Assembly: GCA_965112155.1 (NCBI GenBank)
Contig: OZ218101.1
Source: Podarcis liolepis
Lineage: Eukaryota
Strand: one strand, 5' to 3'
DNA: 64,000 nt
This document shows positions 26,484 to 39,129 of this stretch, in pieces. Position 1 is the first letter of the stretch, and each line of letters begins with the position of its first letter. Both the position numbers and the translations under genes were made by a program. The notes below the pieces were generated by a model, which worked only from the letters and a program-made list of their open reading frames with translations, was not told where the DNA came from and made no database searches.

Positions 26484-29400
26484 TACTACATTAGTTCCTG
26501 CGCATCACCTGCATGCAATAAAAGAAGGGGTGAGAGACTTTAATGCTACTGCTGCTGAGTGGAAGAAGATGGGAATGAATCCACCCATTATAGGATGCAA
26601 GGGTGAGTGATACTCCTAAAGGAAAAGGGATGAGGGAAACTGGATGTTGCAGAAGGGAGAAGCAAATTATGCTTAGGCTCAACAAGCAATGGAGTGAACC
26701 ACTAGAAAGGTGAGGAAATCTGATATGAGGAAGAGGCAGAGATCACAGATTAATATTTTGCCGAGGGCTGTTAATATCTGACAGCTATCTTCTGTTCAAG
26801 TTTCCTTATGTTGTATATGGGGCTAGGGAAAGATTCAGTGCATCATACAAATCTTATCATGCCCACTTAGGAAGGAATCTTGTTTACTTCTGCAGCTGCT
26901 GCTGCTAGGTAAATTCAAGCCAAGAGAAGGAGTTGGAGGGATGGCTGGCTGGCTGGCCAGCCAGCCAGCCCACAGTATTTGCCCATGTTGGTGGCTGCCT
27001 CTAATTTTAAGTTTAGCTGCTAGGTTTGTCAGAACTACGGTTGCTAATCCAATTCCCCACTACTTTTGCATTATTATTTTTTAACTTTCAGCACATTTTG
27101 AAGGCTGTGCTTTTCTTGGCATGTGTAGACATGGAATCAGCTTCACAAAAATCAATAATTTGAAAACATCTATAGAGAACTGTTGGATCCTGATACCATG
27201 GGAACTAATCAACTGGACATGTATTTGCTTTTTAATTAGCTGAATCTATAATTCCTTTTTTTTATTAAACATTGACAAAAAAGAATTCTCTCAAGCTGGA
27301 CAAGTGATAGACAGGGATGAGCAGATGTTTAAATAATCTATTCCCACTTCCACTCAAGAACAGCAGCGATCTTCAACTTTTGTTTCATGAAGACCCTGAT
27401 ACAAAGAATAAATTATCAAATGCACTTTTTAAAAATCACATTTAAGTGCCTTTAGTTTTCAAGCTAATTTCTTTAAAATGTTGCTGTGCCAAAGATAAAG
27501 TGTCAGATAGAGCAGAAGCAAAATCTGCATGAATTGAAGGGAATTTTCTTAAACAAAACATGTTCTTTTTGTAAAGTTGAAATTTAAATATCTGAGCATT
27601 AGCACTTATTAGTTTGAACAACATACCCAGAAACTATATAACAAGACTTCATTTTCAGCATATGAACCTCACTGCAGTTAGGTAATTTTTGTTTCTGAAT
27701 TTAATGGTCTTATTCAGTACTTTATTTGCTATAAAATGATGTGCTGCTACACTTACATTCAGATAAGTGTTGTGAAGCAGCAGCACAAAATGGCTGCTAT
27801 GGGTAGGGGAGGGTACCAGTGCCCCTGTCACTTCAGTGGTCATCTAATGAAAGTACCTGAGGAAGTGATGAAGCCATTTCCTCTATGTGCTGTATTCCAC
27901 GACATGATCTTTAACAACAACATGGTCCCTCATCTGCATACTGAGCCTTTGGACATGCTATATTGATTGTTATAATTATGATCTGTACTGTTAGCCACAT
28001 TGGGCTCCAAAGGATGGTGGGTTATCTGAATCCCTTATTCTTACAGGGCAGGAACATAATTAAACAGACTAGTAAATTTTAAACATAATGCTATATGTTT
28101 TTGGGACTATGCTTACAGCATCTGCAGTGGCCTTGAAGGGACCAGACACACAGTAAGGACTCAAAACATATTCCTTAGCAGAAAGGCAAAGGGGCTGGCT
28201 TACAGTGACCCCCCCCTTTAAAAAATTCCTTCATCAGGGCCTCTTAGAGTCACGGGAACTCAAAATCTGTTCCTTCAGACTGGCGCACTGACACAATCAT
28301 GTATACAGACTGCACAAAGCCCTACTACAAACTCCCTCCCTCTCATTTATATTACTTTCTATAATCTTTAAACCCATTCATATAAAAAAGTGGGACTTGC
28401 AGTGAAAAGTTGGTGGGATACCTTTCAGTTTTTGTGTATGATAAATGTTAGTCTCTTTAACCTTCTGATGGGATATGCAGTTATGGAAATAAATAAATGG
28501 TTTTAAAATTTGCTTTAACAAATTTAACAAATGTGATTTAAACAAAATGCATGTTAGTATGAAAGCAGAACAGATTTTGGGTAGATATGTCTTGCTGTAA
28601 TGTGAACAAAGACTTTGTGGAGGCAGCCTGAATGCCAATATTGCACTTATTCTGTTCAAGCCTTGCCCTGGAATGTTGGTTTGTGGTAAGACCACAAAAC
28701 TGGTTGCCATCAAATTCAGACATCATCTCAGTTTGTGGTTTTCTCAGTTCAGAGGCTTAGCAGACAACTGGTTCCCCCGCCCTGTAAATTCAGCTTGACT
28801 CCTTTAGCAATTGCTTCTTTACTGTTTCTATCAGCCACACTGAACACATTCAGTGATGAATAGCCAGACAAATCACTCCATAATTGATAGTCTGGAGTGC
28901 TCAATGATGTCATCAACCAGAACCTGGAAACCTCAGTTCGTCCTACGGCATTTAAGCCATGAATAGAGCCTTTTGCCACTCTTTCCATACACACGTGTGG
29001 CAAGAGCTAGGTTTCACTCCTTGCTGCAGCCTTCATCACCATGAGTTGAGACCTTTCATTTATGAAGGGGCACACAAATGTCTTGTCAGGGTCTGAGGCT
29101 TCCAAGGTCCGGTGCATGATAAGGAAGGTGTCACCTTCACCACATATTTAGGAACTTTACAGGCACAATCTAGGTCTATTTTGGAGGAACCTGAATCCTG
29201 CATAGTCCCAAATGACTCCTCCAATCCAGACTAAAAATCTGGGGCGGCTCTTATCTCTTGGCATATTATAAGCAGTATGCCCAAACAATTTCTTCCTTTC
29301 TGCCTAAATTCTGTAACATTCTTATTAACCTGTGGTCCCAGTAAAAGAGAATGAAAATCCAGAACTAGGATCCAGAACGAGAAGCTCACAAACTCCACCC

Positions 29401-30758
29401 ACTCACCTAACATCTCAGAAGCATTATTCTCAGGGAAAATTATTATGTTCTGTTTTATACCAAAATAGATAACTAAATACATAATAAACACTCATAGCAT
29501 TTAGGTCACTGTGTCTATATATGTGTGTATAAATTACTCTTTTACCTATAAAAGAGGTTGCTGGACTGGATCTATTATGAGAACAGAACAAAGGAGTAAA
29601 ATCAGGTGGTAAAAGAAAAATCCATCAAGAAAAGCCCTACCTACGTTATTTAATTCTCATGTAGCAGTTTTTGATTCATAGACAATTACCAAATTCTTGC
29701 TAAATTAGTTGCCAAGGGATAGTCCAATCTATGTATTAACACAGAAGACAAGTCAGCAAGGAAACGTTAATAGCTACCAACTGCATACCATTTGGAATGG
29801 CAACAAGTTGAAACTGACAGCCAGCTCAGAGACTAGAGTTAACAGTAAACTAATGCACAGGCTGAAAGAATTATACAGCTGTTTATGAAAACAAGATAGC
29901 TGTGTGGAATCCAACTGAGGAAAGCTTTCTGAGCCGGAAAAGAAATCTGTCAGAAGTTTCTGATAGCTGCCTTTTATTCTGATAAATTCTTTTCTTCCAT
30001 CTTTAGCAACTGATGTAGATGCATTGTAGAAGTGACATGCTGGCACTGTTAAACACAGAGTAGGCATAAGATTTGGCCCAGGCAGTAAATAATCATTTTA
30101 GAGTATTGGTTTCATGGGGCTCACACAGAACTAACATCTCTGTCTCTGTCTCTCTCTTTCACTGTGGTCCTGATTTAATCCAAGACTTGGATTCATCCAT
30201 AAGGTTTTGGGTACTTAAAAAGACCAATGCTTATATAAAAAAAAGATCAGGGTTCAAGTTAGCTCCAAAATACGATATCATTATCCTCATCTGCTTGTAT
30301 ACTTGGGGTTATCTTGGGACTAAATAAAAGGCCAGATGGTAACCTTAACAAAAAAATCAGTGGAAAGAGGAAGCAATCATTTCTACTTAAAGTTTTGTAT
30401 GATTGTGGTGTTTGCCTATGCTGGTAGGACTGCTATGAGTGGAACTGCTGGCAAAGGGCTTTCTGGGAAAGGACTGGAGTGAGTGTATGGATTTAAATTT
30501 CATTTCTAACATTTTGCATATGTGAAACCTATAGGGTGATGGTCCGGAATATACACGATGGAAGTTTACATTTATATCTCATAAATACTAATAAGTAAAA
30601 TAAATCAGGATGTTCATCTATACATGTCTAAGGTATGAATCAACAAAGCTTCTTATCAATAACATTGCTTTCTGGATATCTGCTGTTGTTTAACCAGGGA
30701 TTCAAAATGTAGCAGAGTCTCCTTGGAGGTGTGGCTCTGGGAGCTGTCATTATTAGAG

Positions 30759-30991
30759 TTTGGATTTGATATCCCGCTTTATCACTACCCGAAGGAGTCT
30801 CAAAGCGGCTAACATTCTCCTTTCCCTTCCTCCCCCACAACAAACACTCTGTGAGGTGAGTGAGGCTGAGAGACTTCAAAGAAGTGTGACTAGCCCAAGG
30901 TCACCCAGCAGCTGCATGTGGAGGAGCGGAGACGCGAACCCGGTTCACCAGATTACGAGTCTACCACTCTTAACCACTACACCACACTGGG
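30759..30991 (-). mobile_element. tRNA-derived CORE/MIR-like SINE
   Basis: Minus strand begins CCAGTGTGGTGTAGTGGTTAAGAG (A box), then GGTTCGCGTC (B box) and TGACCTTGGGC core-like sequence, ending in a short repeat tail. Confidence 0.8.
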
Positions 30992-31295
30992 CTGTAAAAC
31001 AAAATGCTAAATGAACAGGAAATCAAGGAAGTGTGGAGCAATGGAAGACACGATGCCAGGATTACTTTTGAAGTAAAATGCAACTAAAAGAATGACTGTA
31101 TGGCAGTTGTTCTTGTGTAAGAAGAATCCTCCAAAATCCTGTGAATCAACTCCACCCCCCTTAAAAAAGCACTAAAAGCAAAATGCCAGTGATGCAGTGG
31201 CAAAATTTGACTATAGCTTGTAGATACCTCTTAACAAACTGCATTTCAGCTCTCTGCAACGTTTTTCCTCTCTCTCCTTAAAGGCATGCATGTAT

Positions 31296-31385
31296 CATAG
31301 CTGTCAATGTTTCCCATTTTTTAAGGGAAATTCCCTTATTCCGAATAGGATTCCTCGCAAGAAAAGGGAAAAGTTGAAAGCTATG
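31296..31385. mobile_element. 90-bp hAT MITE
   Basis: TIRs CATAGCTGTCAA / TTGAAAGCTATG; perfect 8-bp TSD GCATGTAT (31288-31295, 31386-31393). Confidence 0.85.
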
Positions 31386-32898
31386 GCATGTATGTAGGCA
31401 AATGGGGCAAAAGGAAATACGTGCAAGTGTCCTGCACATACATAAATATAACTCTGTGTGCTTGTGTGTGCGCATTTCCCCCCCCCCCCCAGAACCTCAA
31501 AACTGTTTAAATAATCTGCACTGATTCAAGTGAATTTAAGTACAGTTTTCCATCCCGCCTAAGCCAGGAACTCAGGAAAATAACCACTGATGCCCTGTTC
31601 CCAAAACAGACAAACGCAACAAGAATTATGGAGGTAGCCTATTTTTCTTCTCCCATCTCTTAGCAGATGCCACATTGTAATGTGAATAAATTGTCTGATT
31701 AACGGTGAAGGGTGTGTGCAAATATTGCTATAACCACAAGTGGAAGAAGAAGAAGAAAACTATTCAACCCAATGCCATTGTATCTTCCCGACGGCTGTGG
31801 TATGAGCAAGACATAAAAAGAACAGAAGTAGCTGGGATAAAACAAAAGGTGGAAAACTTGGAACATGTTCCTTCATTTTGTACACACTCTTCCAAATGGC
31901 TCACCTTCCAGATGCTCCCCAGCTAAAGCCGTTGGCAGGATACAAATACTGCAGATGAGTCAGCGTAACAGTGACATACACAAACAAGTGCATGCACACA
32001 CATACACACACACAGTCAAGTACACCAGTCTGACTCAGTTGTGTTTGTTTTTGTATAACAGAAATACAGCGTTGCCCTTTTGCAGAAGAAAAGAAAAGTT
32101 CTCATAGCATTTCAACCCACATAGAGGCTAAATGGCCCTCAGGGCCATGGCCAAAGCTTATAAACCTGCAGTTGTGCCCCTGAGATGCCAGTGAGCATGT
32201 GCATGCCAAGTAATCTCACCTCCCCTCATCCCTGGGTGGCCACAAAACACTCCCAGGCACAGCATTGTGTGGCTGGTGGGAGTGGATTCATATTCAGAAA
32301 ATCCTTGTTTTTAAACATTGCTTTAAGTTATGATCATAGTAATAAAGGTTCTGCTTTGGTCAAAAAGCCCAAAAGGGCAAGAACAACTCTACTGTGGATA
32401 GGCTAGAGCTGCACGGACAGGCAAAATATTTTAGCAGAAAACAGCAGGTGGAAGAGTGTAGGGAAATTAGCACAGGGTAGTTAAATAAGGCAGATATTAG
32501 GAGAAGCAGGTGTCAGGACTAGCCATAGTGTCTGCATAACTACAGATGTCACCAAGGTAAATAGTTTGCTCCAAGGGGGTTCCTACCAGCCAATGGTTTC
32601 TGTGGGCTAGCAAATGGAGCTGTGCTGGGAATCAATACTGCCTTCTTCTCTGAGCTGTTACCCTTCCTGGAAAGGGCCGCCACAGGAAGTATGAAAGTTA
32701 CCACACACAAATTATCCACAATGTTTTATTATTGATTTGGATTTGCAACATGTTTCCCCCCTAAAATTCAAGGTAGGGAACAAGATAATCACTAAACTTA
32801 CCCACACAATCAACCTCTAAAGTTATGGCTCCATTTTGTGCGTATAATATCATATTGTTGCTTGGTATTTGCAGTTACCAAGAGACATCATGCATGTA

Positions 32899-33124
32899 CA
32901 GTGGTACCTCGGATTACATAGGCTTCGGGTTAGAGACTCCGCTAACCCAGAAATATTACCTCGGGTTAAGAACTTTGCTTCAGGATGAGAACAGAAATCG
33001 TGCTCCGGCGGCATGGCAGCAGCAGGAGGCCCCATTAGCTAAAGTTGTGCTTCAGGTTAAGAACAGTTTCAGGTTAAGAACAGACCTACAGAATGAATTA
33101 AGTTCTTAACATGAGGTACCACTG
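32899..33124. mobile_element. Tc1/mariner (Tigger-like) MITE
   Basis: TA|CAGTGGTACCTC...GAGGTACCACTG|TA. Confidence 0.85.
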
Positions 33125-33500
33125 TATAAATTCACCCTACAGGCTTGGCAAACCTTCTGGGGAACTGAATTGTGCAACTGTAGGATGCCACAACAAATAA
33201 TGGTTAATAATGTGCACTATCCAAACACTATGGTAAACAAACAGTATGGTTTAAACCAGTGTCCCCCAGTCTAGCTTCCCCCAGTTGTTTTTGAATACAA
33301 TGCCAATTATCCCTGATTATTTGCCATGTTGGCTAGGGTTGATGTAAGCTCTAGCCTGAAACATCTAGAGGTTGCTAGGCTGGGGGAGATTGGTTTGAAA
33401 AAAGTTGTCAGAAGATTATAAAGATTGCAATGGAATCTAGACTTTGTTTTTAGAGAGTGGAATAGAGTAAATGGAAATAATTTGCCTCTATGTGTCAGTA

Positions 33501-33853
33501 GGGACGCGGGTGGCGCTGTGGGTTAAACCACAGCCAATCAGACTTGCCAATCAGAAGGTTGGTGGTTTGAATCCCTGTGACGGGGTGAGCTCCCATTGCT
33601 CGGTCCCTGCTCCTGCCAACCTAGCAGTTCGAAAGCACATCAAAGTGCAAGTAGATAAATAGGTACCGCTCCAGTGGGAAGGGAAACGGCATTTCCATGG
33701 CTGCTCTGGTTCGCCAGAAGCGGCTTTTTCATGCTGGCCACATGACCCGGAAGCTATATGCCGGCTCCCTCGGCCAATAAAGCGAGATGAGCGCCGCAAC
33801 CCCAGAGTCGGTCATGACTGGGCCTAATGGTCAAGGGTCCCTTTACCCTTTAC
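33501..33853 (+). mobile_element. Sauria SINE, full length
   Basis: GGGACGCGGGTGGCGCTGTGG head, B-box-like GGTTTGAATCC and CCTTTACC tail; 13-bp TSD CTATGTGTCAGTA (33488-33500, 33854-33866). Confidence 0.93.
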
Positions 33854-33866
33854 CTATGTGTCAGTA

Positions 33867-34028
33867 AGTCAAATGCTTGGTGTGATGTTCTGGAAGCACA
33901 TCCAGAAGACCATCGTGGACAAGGAGTATGTTGTTGTTTAGTCGTTTAGTCAAATGCTTGGTGTGTTGTTATGGAAGCACATCCAGAAGACCATCGTGGA
34001 TAAGGAGTATGTTGTTGTTTAGTCGTTT
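33867..34028. repeat. 81-bp direct tandem duplication spanning the Bov-B tail/flank junction
   Basis: Units 33867-33947 and 33948-34028 with three visible substitutions and AGTC microhomology at the junction. Confidence 0.9.
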
Positions 34029-34615
34029 AGTCGTGTCTGACTCTTCGTGTCCCCATGGACCAGAGCACACCAGGCACTCCTGTCTTCCACTGCTTCCTGC
34101 AGTTTGGTCAAACTCATGCTGGTAGCTTTGAGCACACTATCCAACCTTCTCGTCCTCTGTCGTCCCCTTCTCCTTCTGCCCTCCATCTTTCCCAACATCA
34201 GGGTCTTTTCCAGGGAGTCTTCTCTTCTCATGAGGTGGCCAAAGTATTGGAGCCTTAGCTTTATGATCTGTCCTTCCAATGAGCACTCGGGGCTGATTTC
34301 CTTAAGAATGGATAGGTTTGGTCTTCTTGCAGTCCATGGGACTCTCAAGAGTCTCCTCCAGCACCATAATTCAAAAGCATCAATTCTTCAGCGATCAGCC
34401 TTCTTTATGGTCCAGCTCTCACTTCATGCATCCCCTTCATGGATCACTGCCTTGCCGTGGCGAAGGGGCTTGAATAACTCAGAGAAGCTAGGCAGGGCCA
34501 CCCAAGATGGACAGGTCATAGTGGAGAGTTTAGACCAAACGTGATCCACCTGGAGGAGGAACCGGCAAATCAGTCCAGTATCCCTGCCAAGAAAACTCCA
34601 TGGACAAAGACAACA
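34011..34615 (-). mobile_element. Bov-B (RTE) LINE with inverted 5' segment
   Basis: 34011-34423 is the 3' end on the minus strand (RVPWTARR..EKTLMLGKMEGRRRRGRQR). 34424-34615 resembles Bov-B 5' sequence (ATGGATCACTGCCTTG.CGTGGCGAAGGGGCTTG) on the plus strand. 12-bp TSD GATAAGGAGTAT (33999-34010, 34616-34627). Confidence 0.85.
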
Positions 34616-34751
34616 GATAAGGAGTATATTAGTGCACAAAACTGATTCAGAATTATTTTAGTAGTAGATAGGTAGCCGTGTTGGTCTGCCATAGTCAAAA
34701 TAAAAAAATTCCTTCCAGTAGCACCTTAAAGACCAACTAAGTTAGTTCTTG

Positions 34752-34789
34752 GTATGAGCTTTCGTGTGCATGCACACTTCTTCAGATAC
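34752..34789 (-). ncRNA. Minimal type I hammerhead ribozyme (inverted copy)
   Basis: Reverse complement reads GTAT-CTGAAGA-AGTGTGCATGCACAC-GAAAGCTC-ATAC. Confidence 0.85.
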
Positions 34790-34790
34790 G

Positions 34791-34832
34791 TGGTATCTGA
34801 AGAAGTGTGCATGCACACGAAAGCTCATACCA
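34791..34832 (+). ncRNA. Minimal type I hammerhead ribozyme
   Basis: TGGTAT-CTGAAGA-A-[GTGTG CATG CACAC]-GAAA-GC-TC-ATACCA. Stem I is TGGTAT/ATACCA; predicted cleavage after UC at 34826. Confidence 0.85.
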
Positions 34833-36677
34833 AGAACTAACTTAGTTGGTCTTTAAGGTGCTACTGGAAGGAATTTTTTTATTTAGAATTATTTTAGTTT
34901 TATACCACCAGCTTTATTTTAGTTTTGACTTATTTTTTAAGCTGCAGAACAAAACGTTGTTCTACACAACCAAGTGGGTATTCCTACATCTACTTTAAAA
35001 CACATTACTGAACACAAAATTGACAAGTAGCCTGTTCATTTTCCTCTTCTTAGACACAGTTTCTGATCAACATCTGTGGTGCTTTAAATGTAAAAATGGA
35101 GCATCTGTATCAGGTTGTATGTGGAAAAGGTCTATAAACTGTTAAATTGGCTAAGTTAGTAAATCAATTCTTTAGCGGGCTTGCCAAGTAGAGTTAACAC
35201 TGATTTATGCACCCTGGGGAGTACATAAAAGACTAGTCTCCTGGGACAATCCTTATATAAAAGAATTTACTAGGCTCACTAATTCATCTGCTATATTTTC
35301 CCCATCTTCGACTGTAGCATTGGGGCAGCGGCTACATTTTTCTAACAGATATATAAAAAGTCATTTTACCATAGTGGGATTTGGTTTTGTAGAACTGATT
35401 TGTACATTTGGGAGGCTGAGCTGTCTTGCAGAAATCTTCAGCTTCAGTTCAGGCTTTCAGTTCTGTAGTCCCTAACCACTGAAAACCACATAAATGTGAT
35501 TTTTCTATTTCTAATGCAGACTTTGGTATATAAAGCTGAAAATGGCCAGGGCTGAGATGTCTGAAGGACCACTTTCTCCTATATCAACCCACCTGCATGT
35601 TAAAATCATCTTCTGAAGCCAGCATCCAGGTGCATACATCTTTGGAAATTCAACAGGATTCTATAGGGAACAATGCTTTTTACCATGGAGCATGTTCTGT
35701 CAGGTACATTTAGTGATTTCTTTTTATTGAAATTATCATATGTACCATGGCCTTTGATTAAATGTAATTAAGGATCATTACTGAACATTACATTAAAGGT
35801 AATTATGGATCATTAGGACCCCCACCCCATAAACTTCTTTTCTGGTGGTAGAAGCTGATGTTTTAAAAGATGTTGGTATGTATTTCTAAGAGTCAATTAA
35901 AGCTATACTGTGTGCTTCTGTAAATAGAAATTTGAGGTATATAGTATCACAGTCATCATCAGAAGACAACAGACAACTGCACAGTATTAAATGTTAGTCC
36001 AAACCCAAGCCAGTGGGCTAGAGTTCTGTGGCCTCCCCCCCCCCCCAAGAGAAGGGTCAAATTATGCCTCAAAACAACATAAGGAGGACTGGGCCAAGAC
36101 ACAGGTGTGTCAGTTGCCTTCAAAGATGCTGTGAGGAAGGAACAGGGATGTACTTGTCCTAGTTCTACACAGGACTAAAGTGCACCCTGTTCTGGTCTGG
36201 CATGGGTATATGTGTTTTATGGGAAATCCACACAAATCCTGAAGAATAAAACCTAATGGAAAATACATATTTTACCATTAAACACACGTACACACATGTG
36301 GCAGTTCAACTTCCACTGCTAACAGTTGTACGAGGTACTTCCATCTTCTTTTGTAGTTTTAAAAAGCTTATTTTTTAATTTTAAAAACTGCAGAAGTGGC
36401 TAGCTAGCATTAGAACCTTCTGCTGCAGTTTCAAGTCCCCCTTGGAGAAAAGTATTTCCTTGTCTCCCTCCTCCCTACAGCTCCCTGTTCTTCTGTATGC
36501 CCTATGGTTTGAGAAGAGCCGTAGCTCAGTGACAATGTATTCAATACGGACCCATGGCCCATGACTTGGTATGAGCAGCTTCCTATGTTCCTGTATCCTC
36601 CTATCTTTTGCCACCTCAGGAAGGAGAAATGCTGGTGGCAGTCTGCATCCGGCTCTGCCAGCTGAACCCAAAGTTGC

Positions 36678-36981
36678 TTATAATAATTTAATAATAATTT
36701 ATTATTTATACCCCGCCCACCTGGCTGGGCTTCCCCAGCCACTCTGGCTGGCTTCCAACAGAGATTAAAAATACATTAAAACGGCAATCATTAAAAACTT
36801 CCCTAAACAGGGCTGCCTTCAGATGTCTTCTAAACATCAGGTAGTTGTTTATCTCTTTGACATCTGCTGGGAGGGTATTCCATAGGGCTGGTGCCACTAC
36901 CAAGAAGGCCCTCTGCCTGGTTCCCTGTAACTTGGCTTCTCGCAGTGAGGGAACCGCCAGAAGGTCCTCAGTGCTGGATCT
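36678..36981 (-). mobile_element. L2-clade LINE 3' end with (TTA)n tail
   Basis: ORF 36706-37065(-) contains RAFLVVAPALWNTLP..FRRHLKAALFREVF, the L2 ORF2 C-terminus. Confidence 0.8.
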
Positions 36982-39129
36982 CACTTTTTGTGGCCAGAAA
37001 ATAGATACACTGGTACCTCCGAAGTTTTGTATGGGGGAAAACAATAGTTTGGTGGTCGACCACATGCTTTGTGTGAAGGAGGTCCAAGCTCAATCCTTGG
37101 CATCTTCAGTTTGAAAGGATCAGATAACAGCTGGTGGGAGAGACTTATTTCTCAGGGTATAGAGAGCTGCTGCCAATCACAGTAGACAAAACTGCCCAAC
37201 ATGGACGTCTGATCTTATATACAGTAGCTCCCTGTGTTCCTTCTTACCCTGCAGGCTGCTGGTTGAGAACTCTATGCTTCCCTATTAATCTTAAACAGCA
37301 ATTTAGCAACTTGAGTCTTGCTCTCAGGTAAATCTGATTGCATTTTATTGGACACAGTTAAAATTCTCTTCAGCTTTCCCCCTTCCTTCATTATTTGCTT
37401 TTCAGAGCAAATACTAGTGTGCTCTTATAGCAGAACTACAAATGGAATTTAACCTTGTTCCCAAGGGCATACTTCAACAAGTTCTTCTCTACATGCAAAA
37501 TTTTGCTATGTAGGTCTTGGATTTGTTTACACTACCTATTGGATAAATATATATATGTATATTTAAGAAGTGATGAAGCAGTTATATGGAAATGGGGAAC
37601 GTGCATTAGTGCAGACTTTTCAAGATGTCCTTGATAGAACAAAGCATGTACGGTCTGCCATTGAAATACTTGATAAATAGTTCAATATTCTGAATGACAA
37701 TTTGCTTTGCTTATTTTGATAAAATGTGCAGCTATTGTTGTTATTCAGCAAGGGTACATGCAGGTAATTTGTACAGAACTAAGTAAATTAAAAATTCATT
37801 ATGATAAAATTATCTTGAACCTACAGAGTACTTGTCCACAGGTAATATTTTCACCTCACAGAAAAGGAGTTACACTGGATTAAGTGAATGGCCCATCTTC
37901 TCCAGCATCTTGCTCACATAGACATCAACCAGATGCCTATGGGAAGCCTGCAGACAGGACATGAGTGCAACAGCAATGTCCCCATTCATCTTCCGGGGCA
38001 ACTGGTATTAAGAGGCAGACTGTGATACTAGAAACAGTACTCACCGTTCTGTTCAAGACACTGACAGACTTGTTTTTAATGAATTTGTTTTACCTACCCA
38101 ACACCTTGTATAGGATGTCATATATGATGGCAGCTGTAGAGAAGAGAGGCGTGGCTTGTCCAAATGTGCCTTGTGAGCCGAATGGAGTGCCCTAATTAGG
38201 CCTGCAGCCTAGAGGTTTTCCACCCACCCCCCCATAATAGAGATGGGGAAGAATTAGTTACATCCACTTTTTGCAGTGAACTGATGGAATCTGAGACCCC
38301 TGGACTTGTTGGCAGATGGAAACACAACTCCCAGCAAGACTGCATTATTCCCTCAATTTTGTGATGCAGTTTCACTGCACAGAAAATACACAAACATACA
38401 TATTATGCATAAACATGCACATTCTACAGGAAAGAAATGCACGGAAAGCATTGAGAAATGCATAGTTTAAATAAAAAGGAAATAATGTATGTAAATAAAT
38501 ATGTACAAAATGCATACAATTTAAATGAGGACTTCTCTTGTGTTCTTTCCAAACCACATCAGATGGGACAGAAATGACCCGTGGAACTGAAACATGATGG
38601 AATTAGATTGCTATAACCCTACCAAAGCAATTTGGTAACATCAGTTCTGGGAGGAGACATGATACTTGGAGGGGGGTAGTGTAAAAACATGGCCAAGCAA
38701 CACCTGTCATGTGAGTCAAGAGGACTCAAATTTCCATGTTCATTTTCTTTTTTGCTCCTCAGGCTCACTCTGGCCTAGTAATCTTGCAATCCATTTTAGC
38801 TATGGCAATTTTAAAGAATAATTCCAATAAGCTGGTACATGTGCAGTTTCCCAAGTAGCTTCTGTTTCTATAGTTAATTTGCATCTTTCTGCCACTTTGC
38901 ATTGCCAGTGAGCTTGTATGCAAAACAGCAATCCTGATATGATTGTAAATTATGGCCATGTACAGGTTTTTGTTTCAGTGTAATGATTTAGCAATATATG
39001 AGAGCGTACATGAGAATCACTAAAAGACACTACACTGAAAGACACAAAGAGGTTTTTGTAGTATGCTTCATGGTGTCCTAATATATACACCTACATCTGT
39101 AATGTAGAAAGAGGGGGTATTAAAAGGTG

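Larger units (their letters stand above)
34663..34884. mobile_element. Miniature palindromic PLE insertion (Neptune-type terminal repeat x2, inverted)
   Basis: 92-bp arms 34698-34789 and 34793-34884 with a GTG loop. A ~35-nt tail (minus strand ...GCAGACCAACACGGCTACC, resembling reptile PLE 3' ends) is on the left arm only. 14-bp TSD AGAATTATTTTAGT at 34649-34662 and 34885-34898. Confidence 0.9.

Noticed and set aside
10041-33853. tRNA genes suggested by A/B boxes
   Set aside because: These are SINE heads with no complete cloverleaf.
33867-34030. CRISPR-like repeat-spacer pattern or a prokaryotic system
   Set aside because: Only a two-unit tandem duplication in vertebrate DNA, with no unique spacers and no cas genes.
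34698-34884. MITE / DNA-transposon or pre-miRNA interpretation of the hairpin
   Set aside because: The 14-bp TSD, one-sided tail and identity to a linear PLE 3' end with hammerhead indicate a retroelement origin.
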